64,000 bases of DNA from a virus. This document shows, in pieces, positions 28,995 to 38,036 of this stretch. The stretch lies in the IMG/VR virus record IMGVR_UViG_3300044878_000062, one strand, 5' to 3'. Each line of letters starts with the position of its first letter. Position 1 is the stretch's first letter. The notes below the pieces were generated by a model. It was not told the DNA's origin and made no database searches. It saw only the letters and a list, made by a program, of their open reading frames with translations. The translations under genes were made by a program, and so were the position numbers.

Positions 28995-29492
28995 TTAGGC
29001 TGCGTCAAAGCCGAGCAGGTCAGTAACCGGGAACGCAGAGGCCAGACTAGGCACTGGTTTCAGGATAGTGATCAGCTTAGAACCGATGTAGGTGTAACTA
29101 CCAGGCTTCGCGAACAGCTCGATCAACTCATCATTGTCGGTGAACGTCGGGAGCACAGTGATTTGGAACTCAACTTCAGCAGGGATCACACCCAGTTGCT
29201 GAACAGCCCACGCTTGTACGTCAGCGAGGTCATCACCTTCTTGTAACTGGAGGGTCAGATCAGGAGCCAGGTCATCCAGATCCAAACGAATGTAGCGGAA
29301 GGTCTGTGTACCTTCAAAGCCACCGCCTGGAACCGAAGTACAGAGCACTGAAGTGTTACGCAGGTTGGCATCTGGCACACGTACGGTAGCAGCACCGATA
29401 GTGAAGTGAGCAGTAGTAGCCGGTTTGCCGTTTGCTGTAGCGATCAGATCGTACAGGTTTTCTAAAGCCGTCTTAGCAACGTTGATGGACAT
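28995..29492 (-). CDS. Tail-fibre-family paralog (single domain)
   Basis: ATG at 29492; RNTSV, FEGTQTFRYIRLDL, SYTYIG, C-terminal LASAFPVTDLLGF. Confidence 0.8.
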   Translation of the reverse strand: MSINVAKTALENLYDLIATANGKPATTAHFTIGAATVRVPDANLRNTSVLCTSVPGGGFEGTQTFRYIRLDLDDLAPDLTLQLQEGDDLADVQAWAVQQLGVIPAEVEFQITVLPTFTDNDELIELFAKPGSYTYIGSKLITILKPVPSLASAFPVTDLLGFDAA

Positions 29493-29538
29493 AAGGACCT
29501 CTAGGGTAGACAACAGAACAACATAGGATTCTGTAATT

Positions 29539-29572
29539 AAAAATATCTCAAGTACAAATTATGATAGTGCAA
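29539..29572 (+). promoter_or_regulatory. Probable variant early promoter
   Basis: aaaaatatctcaagtaCAAATTATgatagtgcaa aligns with ttcagaccTATATTACcctagtgcaa at 63362. Confidence 0.55.
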
Positions 29573-29591
29573 TGACTTTAAGGAAATTGCG

Positions 29592-29756
29592 GTGGAAGAT
29601 AAAGATCTGCGTCTTATGGAAGCAAAGATCAAGAAAGAGGAGGCAAAGGTCAAACGTTGTGAACGTCTAGGCCTGCGCCACAAGAACAACCTCTTTCCGC
29701 TGATTGAGAAATACAAGAAGATGTGTCGCGCTCGCGGCATTCCTCTCTCTGAATAA
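29592..29756 (+). CDS. Small basic hypothetical protein (54 aa)
   Basis: Manual ORF, TAAGGA RBS, GTG start: MEDKDLRLMEAKIKKEEAKVKRCERLGLRHKNNLFPLIEKYKKMCRARGIPLSE. Confidence 0.65.
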   Translation: MEDKDLRLMEAKIKKEEAKVKRCERLGLRHKNNLFPLIEKYKKMCRARGIPLSE

Positions 29757-29873
29757 CCGGTAGGTAACAATGACTTGTCACTCAACTCGTAGTTGGCGGG
29801 ACCAGAAACCTCCGGCTCCAGTAGAACCTCAACCCGTTGAAGCACCACAACAAAAACCCGATGGAGTAAAAGA

Positions 29874-30758
29874 ATGAAACAATTGTTCGTTGGCCTGGCT
29901 CTCGCTCTGGCATCGATGGTAGCTGTAGCAGCTCCGGCTGACCTGACTTTCTGCACTGGTGGTCCTACTGGTGCGTACGAGTCGTTGGGTACTGGCATCG
30001 GCAAAGACATTGCCAAGAAGATTGGTGCCAAACTCGAAGTCCTCAACACTGGCGGTTCCGTAGAGAACGCCCATCTGTTGAAGGAAGGCGATTGCGTCAT
30101 GGCGATCATGCAAGCTGACGCGGTGTCCAGCCTGGGTCTACCTCGTGACATCACCGTCACCAACGCCCACACCGAAGTGATCTTCTGGATTCACGGTGCG
30201 ACTGGTGTGAAGAAGTTCGCTGACATGATCGCATCCGAAAACCTGATCCGTGCGGTTGGTTACGTTTCGGGCTCTGGTGCTGAAGTGACTGTGAAGAACT
30301 GGGCTGCTGTTGATCCTGATTACGCCAACATCAAAACTGTCGAGTTCGATAGCTGGCTGGAAGCTGCTGAAGCTGCCTCCCAAGGCTTCACTATGAAGTC
30401 CGGCGTGCGTGTGGAAGTCGGTGGCATCCTGTACGTGGGTCGTTCGGGTCTGATCAGCGCTGACATTACTGACGACTACAAAGACAGCCTGTGGATCGGT
30501 GAAATCGGCGAGTCCTCTTTCGGCAAGGCCAAGGATCGTAACGAGAACCCTCTCTACACTCCTTTCGAACTGTCGAGCAAAGGTGACACTGGTATTCCGA
30601 CCGACAACAAAATGTTCTCGATCGACACCTACGCCATGGCTGCTCAGGTCGTGTACAACAACGCCTACCACTCCAACATGGACATCAAAGAAGCACGTGA
30701 CGTCAAGCGTGCTGTGTCCAAGGCTATCACGGCCAACGTGAAGGCAGTACGTCAGTGA
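29874..30758 (+). CDS. TAXI-family TRAP-type periplasmic solute-binding protein
   Basis: Signal peptide; TGGPTGAY, TGGSVEN..LL..G...AIMQAD, GSG motifs. Confidence 0.85.
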   Translation: MKQLFVGLALALASMVAVAAPADLTFCTGGPTGAYESLGTGIGKDIAKKIGAKLEVLNTGGSVENAHLLKEGDCVMAIMQADAVSSLGLPRDITVTNAHTEVIFWIHGATGVKKFADMIASENLIRAVGYVSGSGAEVTVKNWAAVDPDYANIKTVEFDSWLEAAEAASQGFTMKSGVRVEVGGILYVGRSGLISADITDDYKDSLWIGEIGESSFGKAKDRNENPLYTPFELSSKGDTGIPTDNKMFSIDTYAMAAQVVYNNAYHSNMDIKEARDVKRAVSKAITANVKAVRQ

Positions 30759-31012
30759 AGCCTCCCGATGTTGCTGAGGCTCCAATCAGTCCGTTAGAAG
30801 ATCCGCGTTACTGGGCTGCTCACGAGCAAGTTCGGTTTGTGGTAGAACGTCGACCAAAGAGTTGGCTATGGAAACGCTGGCAGGTTCGTCCTGAAACTGC
30901 GACCGGTGTCTTCTTTGAAGGCACTCACTACCAGTGTCTGCGTTACCAACAATACTTACACATGGCTGCCCGTAATGGTGCCTGGGTAGCACTGACTCAC
31001 AAGTGCTGCTAA
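30755..31012 (+). CDS. Hypothetical protein
   Basis: 85 aa, GTGA overlap, followed by terminator. Confidence 0.6.
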   Translation: MKPPDVAEAPISPLEDPRYWAAHEQVRFVVERRPKSWLWKRWQVRPETATGVFFEGTHYQCLRYQQYLHMAARNGAWVALTHKCC

Positions 31013-31014
31013 CT

Positions 31015-31045
31015 GGGAGGGACTTCGGTCCCTCTTTTTTATGCC
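31015..31045 (+). terminator. Terminator ending in TATGCC
   Basis: gagggac-ttcg-gtccctc-ttttttatgcc. Confidence 0.85.
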
Positions 31046-31107
31046 CTTATTTAAAAATACGGGCTGTACCCATATATGAACGTCCACAACCTCAGAAGGT
31101 GTAGCCG

Positions 31108-31506
31108 ATGGTCAGTTTATTTGATCAGATAGAACCTGTTCCAGAGAAAGTCAAAACCCTGTTGATCTACAAGGGAACTCTGGAAGACCTACTGGTTCTG
31201 CTCGACGCCAACCCAAAGTGTCGGGGTAAGTTCCTGTCTGACTCGGAATCCGCTTTCCAGTTGGAAGCCCGTGCCGAAGAGATTCACACCCGCCTGAACT
31301 TGCCTCTCAAGGCATTCAATCTGGGCTTCGCTTACTACGCCCCTAACGCATCCCCAGCGTTCCTAGCACGCAGTCTTAACTGTGACGCTAATCGCTTCCT
31401 TCCTATGTTTTATGTCGTCGTGACAGAGAACGAGCAGTGGGCGAGTCTCTGGGGTGAACCACAACCCGTACCAAAGGAACTGTTTCATGTCGATTCGTCC
31501 AGATAA
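31108..31506 (+). CDS. Hypothetical protein
   Basis: 132 aa, GAAGGTG RBS. Confidence 0.65.
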   Translation: MVSLFDQIEPVPEKVKTLLIYKGTLEDLLVLLDANPKCRGKFLSDSESAFQLEARAEEIHTRLNLPLKAFNLGFAYYAPNASPAFLARSLNCDANRFLPMFYVVVTENEQWASLWGEPQPVPKELFHVDSSR

Positions 31507-32290
31507 ATGGATTCGCCGTAAGTCCACGCCACCTACCCATTCGATTGCTGCACGAGCTGGTAGTAGCGACATTGCTTCGCTGGCATGGGAAGGAATCACC
31601 CACACCAAAGACCAGCTTGAAGATCTGTGTAACCGTTTCTGGGCTGCTCCTCTGAAAGCCGATCACCCGCTCGTACGTGACTTCAAGCCGATGATCGAAC
31701 CGTTCGAGTACGGTCAGGTTCGGCGTATGGGTCAAGAAGGTCTTCAGAAACTGGACGACCTTTGCGATGACATGGGTGATCTGGAAGCTGCGGTGTTTCA
31801 AGCCAAGAACCCGAACATCGACAAGGTGATCTCCTACGGCACTTCGTCGTACGGTTATGACGTTCGTTGCGGTAACAAGTTCAAAGTCTTCACGAACCTG
31901 CACAACCAGATCGTGGACCCGAAGAACTTCAACGACAAGATCTTCCACGATCACGAAGGCGACTTCTGCATCATCCCGCCGAACAGCTTTGCTCTGGCAC
32001 AAACGGTTGAGTACTTCCGCATTCCGCGTAACGTGCTGACCATCTGCCTAGGCAAGTCGACGTATGCTCGTTGTGGCATCATCGTTAACGTAACCCCGCT
32101 GGAACCTGAGTGGGAAGGTCAAGTGACGTTGGAGTTCTCTAACACCACCAACCTGCCTGCGAAGATCTACGCAAACGAAGGCGTGGCGCAGATGCTGTTC
32201 CTCGAATCCGACGAGGCGTGCGAAACTTCATACGCAGACCGTGGTGGCAAGTACCAAGGTCAGCGGGGGGTCACCGTACCTAGAATGTAA
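31487..32290 (+). CDS. dcd: dCTP deaminase with two N-terminal insertions
   Basis: Start ATG 31487 (AAGGA); [34 protein letters not shown]. Confidence 0.95.
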   Translation: MSIRPDKWIRRKSTPPTHSIAARAGSSDIASLAWEGITHTKDQLEDLCNRFWAAPLKADHPLVRDFKPMIEPFEYGQVRRMGQEGLQKLDDLCDDMGDLEAAVFQAKNPNIDKVISYGTSSYGYDVRCGNKFKVFTNLHNQIVDPKNFNDKIFHDHEGDFCIIPPNSFALAQTVEYFRIPRNVLTICLGKSTYARCGIIVNVTPLEPEWEGQVTLEFSNTTNLPAKIYANEGVAQMLFLESDEACETSYADRGGKYQGQRGVTVPRM

Positions 32291-32295
32291 ACAGT

Positions 32296-32327
32296 AAGCC
32301 TAGGGGAAACCCTAGGCTTTTATGAGG
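32296..32327 (+). terminator. Hairpin + TTTTATG between dcd and the endonuclease
   Basis: aagcctaggg-gaaa-ccctaggctt-ttatgagg. Confidence 0.75.
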
Positions 32328-32332
32328 CTATT

Positions 32333-33109
32333 ATGGAAATCACGCTAGACCATTTCTTATCTTCAAAACAAGTGTGTCCTGGAATGCAACTCCAAGTCAC
32401 TTTATCTTTGCCTGAAGGTGAGTTGAAGGGTACTCTTTACGAGGGACCCCTTGAGAAACTCCCTGCTCTAAAGTCCGGGGGCGTTTATGCCATCTATGAA
32501 AAGGCCACTGGTAAGTTCTACTATGGTAGTACCGGTAACCTGAACATACGACTCTTGAATCACCTGATCACCATGCGTAATGGCGAACACAAGAATCACC
32601 ATTTCAGAAAGTTCGACATTAATAGTTCAGACTTCACCGTCAAGGTCATCACTGTTCCAGACCGTGAACAAGCATTCGACATAGAGCAATTGTTGGTTTC
32701 TAAATGTTGGGGTAACCCCAAACTTATGAATATTTGTCGAGATGTTCGGACAGGAATAGGTTACAGACACACTGAGGAGGCGATTGCCAAGATGTCTTTC
32801 GCCGCTCAGAACCGCCCAGAAATGGAACAAGTTATTAAAGACAAGATCTCCACTAAACTAAAAGGTCGTACGTTAGATCCTACACATGCGGCGAATGTAA
32901 GTGAGAGTAACAAGGCCCGCTGGGAAGACCCAGAATTCGTAGCCCGCTGGAGAGAAAAGAAAGGAATCAAGAGGGCATCTGTGGGTGACGTTATTTACGA
33001 TAGCGTTAGCCATATTGCTCGGGCCTACGGGATAGGAATTACAACCGCATTTCGAAGAATCAATAGCACCTCACTACAGTACGCAGATTGGAAACTCATT
33101 GAAGCCTAG
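32333..33109 (+). mobile_element. Free-standing GIY-YIG homing endonuclease with NUMOD3-like motifs
   Basis: GVYAIYEKATGKFYYGSTGNLNIRLLNH; HTEEAIAKMS; AT-richer, with atypical AGA/ATA codons. Confidence 0.9.
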
Positions 33110-33118
33110 GATGTAATA

Positions 33119-33367
33119 ATGTCAAAGACGACACAACGTCGAGCTGCTGCATTCGCTAAAGGTTACTCGGACGCTAAGGCCAGCAAGCCTTGTAAGTGGT
33201 CGGGTGATCGTGCGTTGAAGAACAGTTATAAGGAAGGACACCAGATCGGCGTTATGGATCGGCAGCGTAATCACCGCATCCGCATGGGCATCCCTGATCC
33301 TCCCCGTGAAGACTGGGGCCCAGAACCAACGCAACACGAAGTAGCACGTCCTTATCGCGGCTACTGA
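33119..33367 (+). CDS. Small protein with Rmf/CrpP-like motif
   Basis: AFAKGY...C.W.......Y..GH..G..DR pattern parallels ribosome modulation factor. Confidence 0.55.
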   Translation: MSKTTQRRAAAFAKGYSDAKASKPCKWSGDRALKNSYKEGHQIGVMDRQRNHRIRMGIPDPPREDWGPEPTQHEVARPYRGY

Positions 33368-33423
33368 CCCTAGGGGTTCTTCGGAGCCCCTAACCCTACA
33401 CCCAATCTAAAGGAGTTGCTCTG

Positions 33424-34296
33424 ATGACAGAGAAGAAGCCAAAGAGAATCTTTTACTACCCACGTCGTGGTAAAGCTCTCTACCCAGTTCAGATTTTGAA
33501 ACTGAAACCTAAACTGGACGATGAGGTGGACTTCATTGAGGTAGAAGTAGCGCTTCAGGAACTGGACGAAAAAGACTTTGTCTCGACCTCGTTCTGTGAG
33601 CGAATCAGAATTTGTTTGACTGGTTTGGGTATCCCGAAAGAAGACGCTGAGATGCTGGTGGCATTGCGTTTGGAATACCCGAGCTGGAAAGCCTTGCGTA
33701 AGTCTCAGGTTAGCGAAGAGAAGCGCAACGTAAAGCGCCAGCAAGCTCGCGAACACGAACACCGCATGAAGCTCCAAGAGCTGGAGAAAGGTCGTCGTAA
33801 GATCTTCAAGAAGACGAGTGAAGGTCACTACGGGATCATGGGTGCCGAGTTTGGGAAGCAGTACTTCTTCGAAGACAAGACTCAGTACCTGCACCTGATC
33901 GAGGAGCTACTCAAGGAACATCACGACGAGTATCTTCAGATCTCTGTTGACTCTTACCCGATCGGCAAGATGGAGTGGATTCAATACCACTGGAGCTTTG
34001 ACAGCTTCTGGATCAAAGTATTGCGTCTGCACACGATGGAGAAGTTTGACTTCTCTGAACCGGGACTGGATGCTGTTCGGCGTTTGGCGATGTACCTGTT
34101 TACGTGGAACTTCCGTCGTTACATTGATGGCCAGATCATCTATCGACACGCACGGTTTCTCCCACGGCTGTATCGACACATTCACGTAGCTGCCCGTCTG
34201 GACCGTAACACTACGGTAGAGGTGGATGCGGATTACCCTGATGCAACGTTCGAAGACGAAAACGAAGAGCCCGGTGATAACATCGGCAACCGTTAA
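33424..34296 (+). CDS. Hypothetical protein
   Basis: 290 aa, AAGGAG RBS. Confidence 0.7.
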   Translation: MTEKKPKRIFYYPRRGKALYPVQILKLKPKLDDEVDFIEVEVALQELDEKDFVSTSFCERIRICLTGLGIPKEDAEMLVALRLEYPSWKALRKSQVSEEKRNVKRQQAREHEHRMKLQELEKGRRKIFKKTSEGHYGIMGAEFGKQYFFEDKTQYLHLIEELLKEHHDEYLQISVDSYPIGKMEWIQYHWSFDSFWIKVLRLHTMEKFDFSEPGLDAVRRLAMYLFTWNFRRYIDGQIIYRHARFLPRLYRHIHVAARLDRNTTVEVDADYPDATFEDENEEPGDNIGNR

Positions 34297-34316
34297 CCAC
34301 ACTAAGCTTAGAGGCT

Positions 34317-34556
34317 ATGATGCCAGAGATTGTCGCTGTAGGAATTGCAATTGTTGTATTGTGGATCGTATTAGTTGTGGCTTATGCAATTTACATAGGC
34401 TACCACTTCCATCGGTGGGAAACCCGCAAGTGGCATAAAGCTATTGCTGGTGTGGCCTTCAACAAAACTAACGAAGACCACGTCTACTTCTGGATCACTG
34501 TAGAAAAGCTAGCACTCATCTCTGCTGGTGTAGTGCTTTTGTATTTGATGTCTTAA
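34317..34556 (+). CDS. Small membrane protein
   Basis: Two hydrophobic segments, GAGG RBS. Confidence 0.6.
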   Translation: MMPEIVAVGIAIVVLWIVLVVAYAIYIGYHFHRWETRKWHKAIAGVAFNKTNEDHVYFWITVEKLALISAGVVLLYLMS

Positions 34557-34571
34557 GACAAGGAAAAGGTA

Positions 34572-35051
34572 ATGTTGATTCATGGTGCATTGTGGGGCTT
34601 GTTGGGTGGTGTGTTGGTAATCGCGTTGATTACGATTACTACGTTGGCTAAGCTCTGCGAAGGCGATTGGCGTCTCTTTGTAGGAGTGTTGGGTGATATG
34701 TTTGCAGATAAAACTTCGAGCCTGTGGCGCACCCTGGGTGTGATCCTGCTCTCGTTTGCTGTAATGGGTACTGGTATCGCTGCGTACAACATGGGCGGTG
34801 TGCCTCGTGTGGCGATGCAAGCTGGTCTGGTGATGTACGTGGTGGCTGTGGCTATCTTCTATCTGGGCATTGCTGTACTGAATGCTGGCTGGAAAGGTTA
34901 CAAGGCTTGGCCTGCTGTGTGGCGTACAATGCACCGTCACGGTACTCCACAACGAAAGCGTCGTAACACCATCGTACATCGTCTGTTCTTTGCAGCGATG
35001 GCACTGAGTGCGATCTACGCATACCTCGGCTTCTACGACTCGCTCGTATAA
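34572..35051 (+). CDS. Multi-pass membrane protein
   Basis: About four hydrophobic helices, AAGGA RBS. Confidence 0.7.
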   Translation: MLIHGALWGLLGGVLVIALITITTLAKLCEGDWRLFVGVLGDMFADKTSSLWRTLGVILLSFAVMGTGIAAYNMGGVPRVAMQAGLVMYVVAVAIFYLGIAVLNAGWKGYKAWPAVWRTMHRHGTPQRKRRNTIVHRLFFAAMALSAIYAYLGFYDSLV

Positions 35052-35106
35052 ACCTTTGGGCTCCTTCGGGAGCCCATCTATTCCCTCTGGCTTAAGGAAG
35101 CTAATA

Positions 35107-35346
35107 ATGCAAGAGAATTTCTTGATCGCTGTACTGTCTCTGTGGACACTGGCTTTCCTGATCGCAACGTTCAGGATCTTCTGGGAAGAGTACGGACCAG
35201 TTCCTCGGAATATCATTCGCGGAGTCTATTACCTGTGGTTGGATTCCGGTCTGAGCAAGATTGTCCGCATCTGGTTGGTGCTGACTGTGTTACACCTGAT
35301 CTTAGCCGTCGTGCTAATTTTCACGATAATCGCTAAGTTGGTTTAG
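35107..35346 (+). CDS. Small membrane protein
   Basis: ATG 35107 after TAAGGA; two hydrophobic segments. Confidence 0.6.
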   Translation: MQENFLIAVLSLWTLAFLIATFRIFWEEYGPVPRNIIRGVYYLWLDSGLSKIVRIWLVLTVLHLILAVVLIFTIIAKLV

Positions 35347-35354
35347 GAGGTCCC

Positions 35355-35792
35355 ATGAACTTCAAGTGTTTGATCCCCGGTCAAGACTTGATTCGCAATG
35401 CCTCGGGAGCCATTGAGAAACACCTGTTCACGTGTTTGGACTTTGTCTGTACGTTTGTGTTGCAAAACCCGGAGTATCAGAATAAAGAGCAGATCGCTAA
35501 CCTGTTCAACATGTATTTGAATATGTTGGTCGAGAATGAAGATGAGGAAGATAACGAGGATCTGGCGGAAGAACTGTGCACTCACGAGTTTATCGAGTTT
35601 GTATGGGAACTTTACAATCAGGTCTATCGATATGTGCGTCCAATGTTAATAAGCGGTAGACACTGCGTCTACTCGCTGGAGCACATGGAAGTTATCAACC
35701 AACGTATCCTCTTCAGTATCGAAGTGGACGATCTCGATGGAGAACCCGAATGCGCCCCGAACAGTATCCCCCATTTGCCCTTATCCATTTAA
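35355..35792 (+). CDS. Hypothetical acidic protein
   Basis: 145 aa, AGGAGG RBS. Confidence 0.7.
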   Translation: MNFKCLIPGQDLIRNASGAIEKHLFTCLDFVCTFVLQNPEYQNKEQIANLFNMYLNMLVENEDEEDNEDLAEELCTHEFIEFVWELYNQVYRYVRPMLISGRHCVYSLEHMEVINQRILFSIEVDDLDGEPECAPNSIPHLPLSI

Positions 35793-36088
35793 ACCAGAAT
35801 GGAGAAGAGTTCCCAGCCGATACGCCTGACACCCGGTACTACTTCAATACCTTCGACGAGATCCTTCGTTACGTCGCCAACAGTCCGAACTACGTTCTGC
35901 AAACTCGCCAGATGAATGGGTTAGCGGTGGAGTACTTCCCGGACCCAGTGCCTTTCATGTCGCTGCTGATCCGTTACGACCGTGGCTACTTGCGTTGCTT
36001 GAAGATTACCGGCCCAGTAACAAACCAGCTAACCCGAGTCTGGGAAGGCCTTGCGTTCTGGGGGCTGTTAGAGTCGACGCCGCTTTGA
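35750..36088 (+). CDS. Hypothetical protein
   Basis: 112 aa, GGAG RBS, coupled to the next gene by TGATG. Confidence 0.6.
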   Translation: MRPEQYPPFALIHLNQNGEEFPADTPDTRYYFNTFDEILRYVANSPNYVLQTRQMNGLAVEYFPDPVPFMSLLIRYDRGYLRCLKITGPVTNQLTRVWEGLAFWGLLESTPL

Positions 36089-36687
36089 TGTACTCACTGC
36101 CACCCAAGGGATGGTTTGCTGGGGTAGGTAGTCGTGAAACGCCAGATGAGATCTTAGCTTTGATGCGACAGGTCTCTATGGCGTTGTATGCGGCTGGTTA
36201 TGGGCTGAGTAGTGGTGATGCCGAGGGTGCTGACACAGCGTTCTATGAGGGCGCTTTGGCAAGTCGTCAATTCCAAACAAATGGTGCACGTATCTATCTC
36301 GCTTGGGATGGCGTCCGTGGCCGAGCTGCTGATCCAAAGAACTTCTTTTACGACGCTACTAAGTTCCCGACTTGGGAGACTGCTCGTAGTATGGCTTCAG
36401 AAGTTCACCCAGCTTGGGAGAAGTGTGGTCGTGGTGGTATTGCGATGCACACACGTAACGTCTTCCAGATTCTGGGACACATGTTGAACGATCCAGTCAA
36501 GGCTATTATCTACTGGGGTAAACCGGTGGGTAAATCCGAGGCAGTTAAGGGCGGCACTAACATGGCTCTACAGATGTCGATTCGTGCTGGCATCCCTAAA
36601 CGAATTAACCTATACACCGATGAAGGTCTGGCCAAAGCACAAGCTCTGGTTGATCTGTACGGTAACCCACTCAAGAGAGCTGCGTAA
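36088..36687 (+). CDS. DprA/Smf-like SLOG-fold nucleotide-binding protein
   Basis: AGVGSRETP, SGDAEGADTAF, HPAW, RNVFQILG, GGT motifs. Confidence 0.85.
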   Translation: MYSLPPKGWFAGVGSRETPDEILALMRQVSMALYAAGYGLSSGDAEGADTAFYEGALASRQFQTNGARIYLAWDGVRGRAADPKNFFYDATKFPTWETARSMASEVHPAWEKCGRGGIAMHTRNVFQILGHMLNDPVKAIIYWGKPVGKSEAVKGGTNMALQMSIRAGIPKRINLYTDEGLAKAQALVDLYGNPLKRAA

Positions 36688-37064
36688 TGATTGAAGACAA
36701 GGCCTTTACAAGCTTGTTGAAGTTATACATCGATAACGCTGATCACGTCCACATGAAAGAACCGGAAGTGTACGGTACCTACACCTACAACATCCGACGT
36801 CGTGACTACGGCGATGAAGTGGGGAACAACGACTTTGTAATCGCTGAGATCACCGAGACGGGTTCGGACAAGTTCCTGATCCGTATGGAGGTGACACTCG
36901 ATCACGAGGGTTGCTGTGGGTCGAACATGTACGTACGTGATCCTGAGATCATACACGCCAACCCAGATGACCCGTGTCAGAAACGCATGGGTCAGATGTT
37001 CCTCAAGAAGGCCCTGATGCCTTTCACTCAGTTCGTCTATTACGCAGTGGGGATCAAGGGATGA
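36687..37064 (+). CDS. Hypothetical protein
   Basis: 125 aa, TAATG overlap. Confidence 0.65.
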   Translation: MIEDKAFTSLLKLYIDNADHVHMKEPEVYGTYTYNIRRRDYGDEVGNNDFVIAEITETGSDKFLIRMEVTLDHEGCCGSNMYVRDPEIIHANPDDPCQKRMGQMFLKKALMPFTQFVYYAVGIKG

Positions 37065-37516
37065 GTTTGATTGTCCGTCAACTGAAGCAGTACCACACCA
37101 ATCGCACCGAGGCTTTCATTGGCACTCGTTGCTTTCTGTTGGAGGCACCAGTCAACCTGAACCTGAAGTACTTCGAGATTGCGGTAGGTCAGAACATCAA
37201 CGACTACTGCTTCTACGTTTCGATTGGTGGGGACGCACCTACAATCAAGCGTGAGATCAAACGCATCGGTATCGACACGTTCGTCAAGATCCACGAACAG
37301 TCCTGTACGCGCTGGAATACTTTCAGCACTACTGAGATGGATTGGTCGAATCCTCCGAAAGAACCGAAGATGGCCATTCTCGTACAAGTGGTCCGTGGGG
37401 TTCCCGACTTCACGTCTCCGGCGTTGTTCATGTATGTTCCGAAGGCACTGCGTCCTCGTCGTGCCAAGCTTAAGCCGCTGCCAAAAGGCACTGGTCCAAT
37501 TCCGTATCGCCTTTAA
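37061..37516 (+). CDS. Hypothetical protein
   Basis: ATGA overlap start at 37061. Confidence 0.65.
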   Translation: MSLIVRQLKQYHTNRTEAFIGTRCFLLEAPVNLNLKYFEIAVGQNINDYCFYVSIGGDAPTIKREIKRIGIDTFVKIHEQSCTRWNTFSTTEMDWSNPPKEPKMAILVQVVRGVPDFTSPALFMYVPKALRPRRAKLKPLPKGTGPIPYRL

Positions 37517-37532
37517 GAAAAGGAAGTAGTAA

Positions 37533-38036
37533 ATGAAAGTTGCAAGCACCAACAAGCAAGTCAAACGTCACATCAAGCGTTCGATTGCTGCCAACAAGTT
37601 TGCCATCCTCAGTGTGAACGGTGTTCCTCAAATGGCCGGTGGTCACGGCCTGAACTATTCCTACACTGTGGGTCTGTCGCGTCTGGGTCTACCAGAGCTG
37701 TTCATCTGTGGTGTCATCCCTAACGACGTCATGGGTGGTTTGCTGAAGCGTCAAGCCAACCTGTGGATCGCTGAAGGCAAAGCCTCGCACGAAGTCCGTA
37801 CCGACGTTGTACTGCGTGGTGACAAACAGACTGACATCCTGATGCGTAGCCAGACCATGCTGGTTAACGTCACCCAGGCTCTGAACACCTACTGCGAACA
37901 ACTGCGTCAACGTGGTGGTCCTAAGTTGGAGATCGCACAGTTCACCTACCCAGATCCACAGAACCTGTTGCCGGGTGAAGAAGGCTACGACGTTCGTTAC
38001 CAACAACCACGTCTGACTCCGGCGCTCCCAGTATGA
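37533..38036 (+). CDS. DUF4262-like protein
   Basis: YSYTVGL...LPELFICG and C-terminal YPD....LP.E motifs. Confidence 0.7.
   Translation: MKVASTNKQVKRHIKRSIAANKFAILSVNGVPQMAGGHGLNYSYTVGLSRLGLPELFICGVIPNDVMGGLLKRQANLWIAEGKASHEVRTDVVLRGDKQTDILMRSQTMLVNVTQALNTYCEQLRQRGGPKLEIAQFTYPDPQNLLPGEEGYDVRYQQPRLTPALPV

Noticed and set aside
12398..29492. Invertible shufflon or diversity-generating retroelement acting on the fibre array
   Set aside because: No recombinase, reverse transcriptase, inverted crossover repeats or near-identical template/variable repeat pair seen in the window
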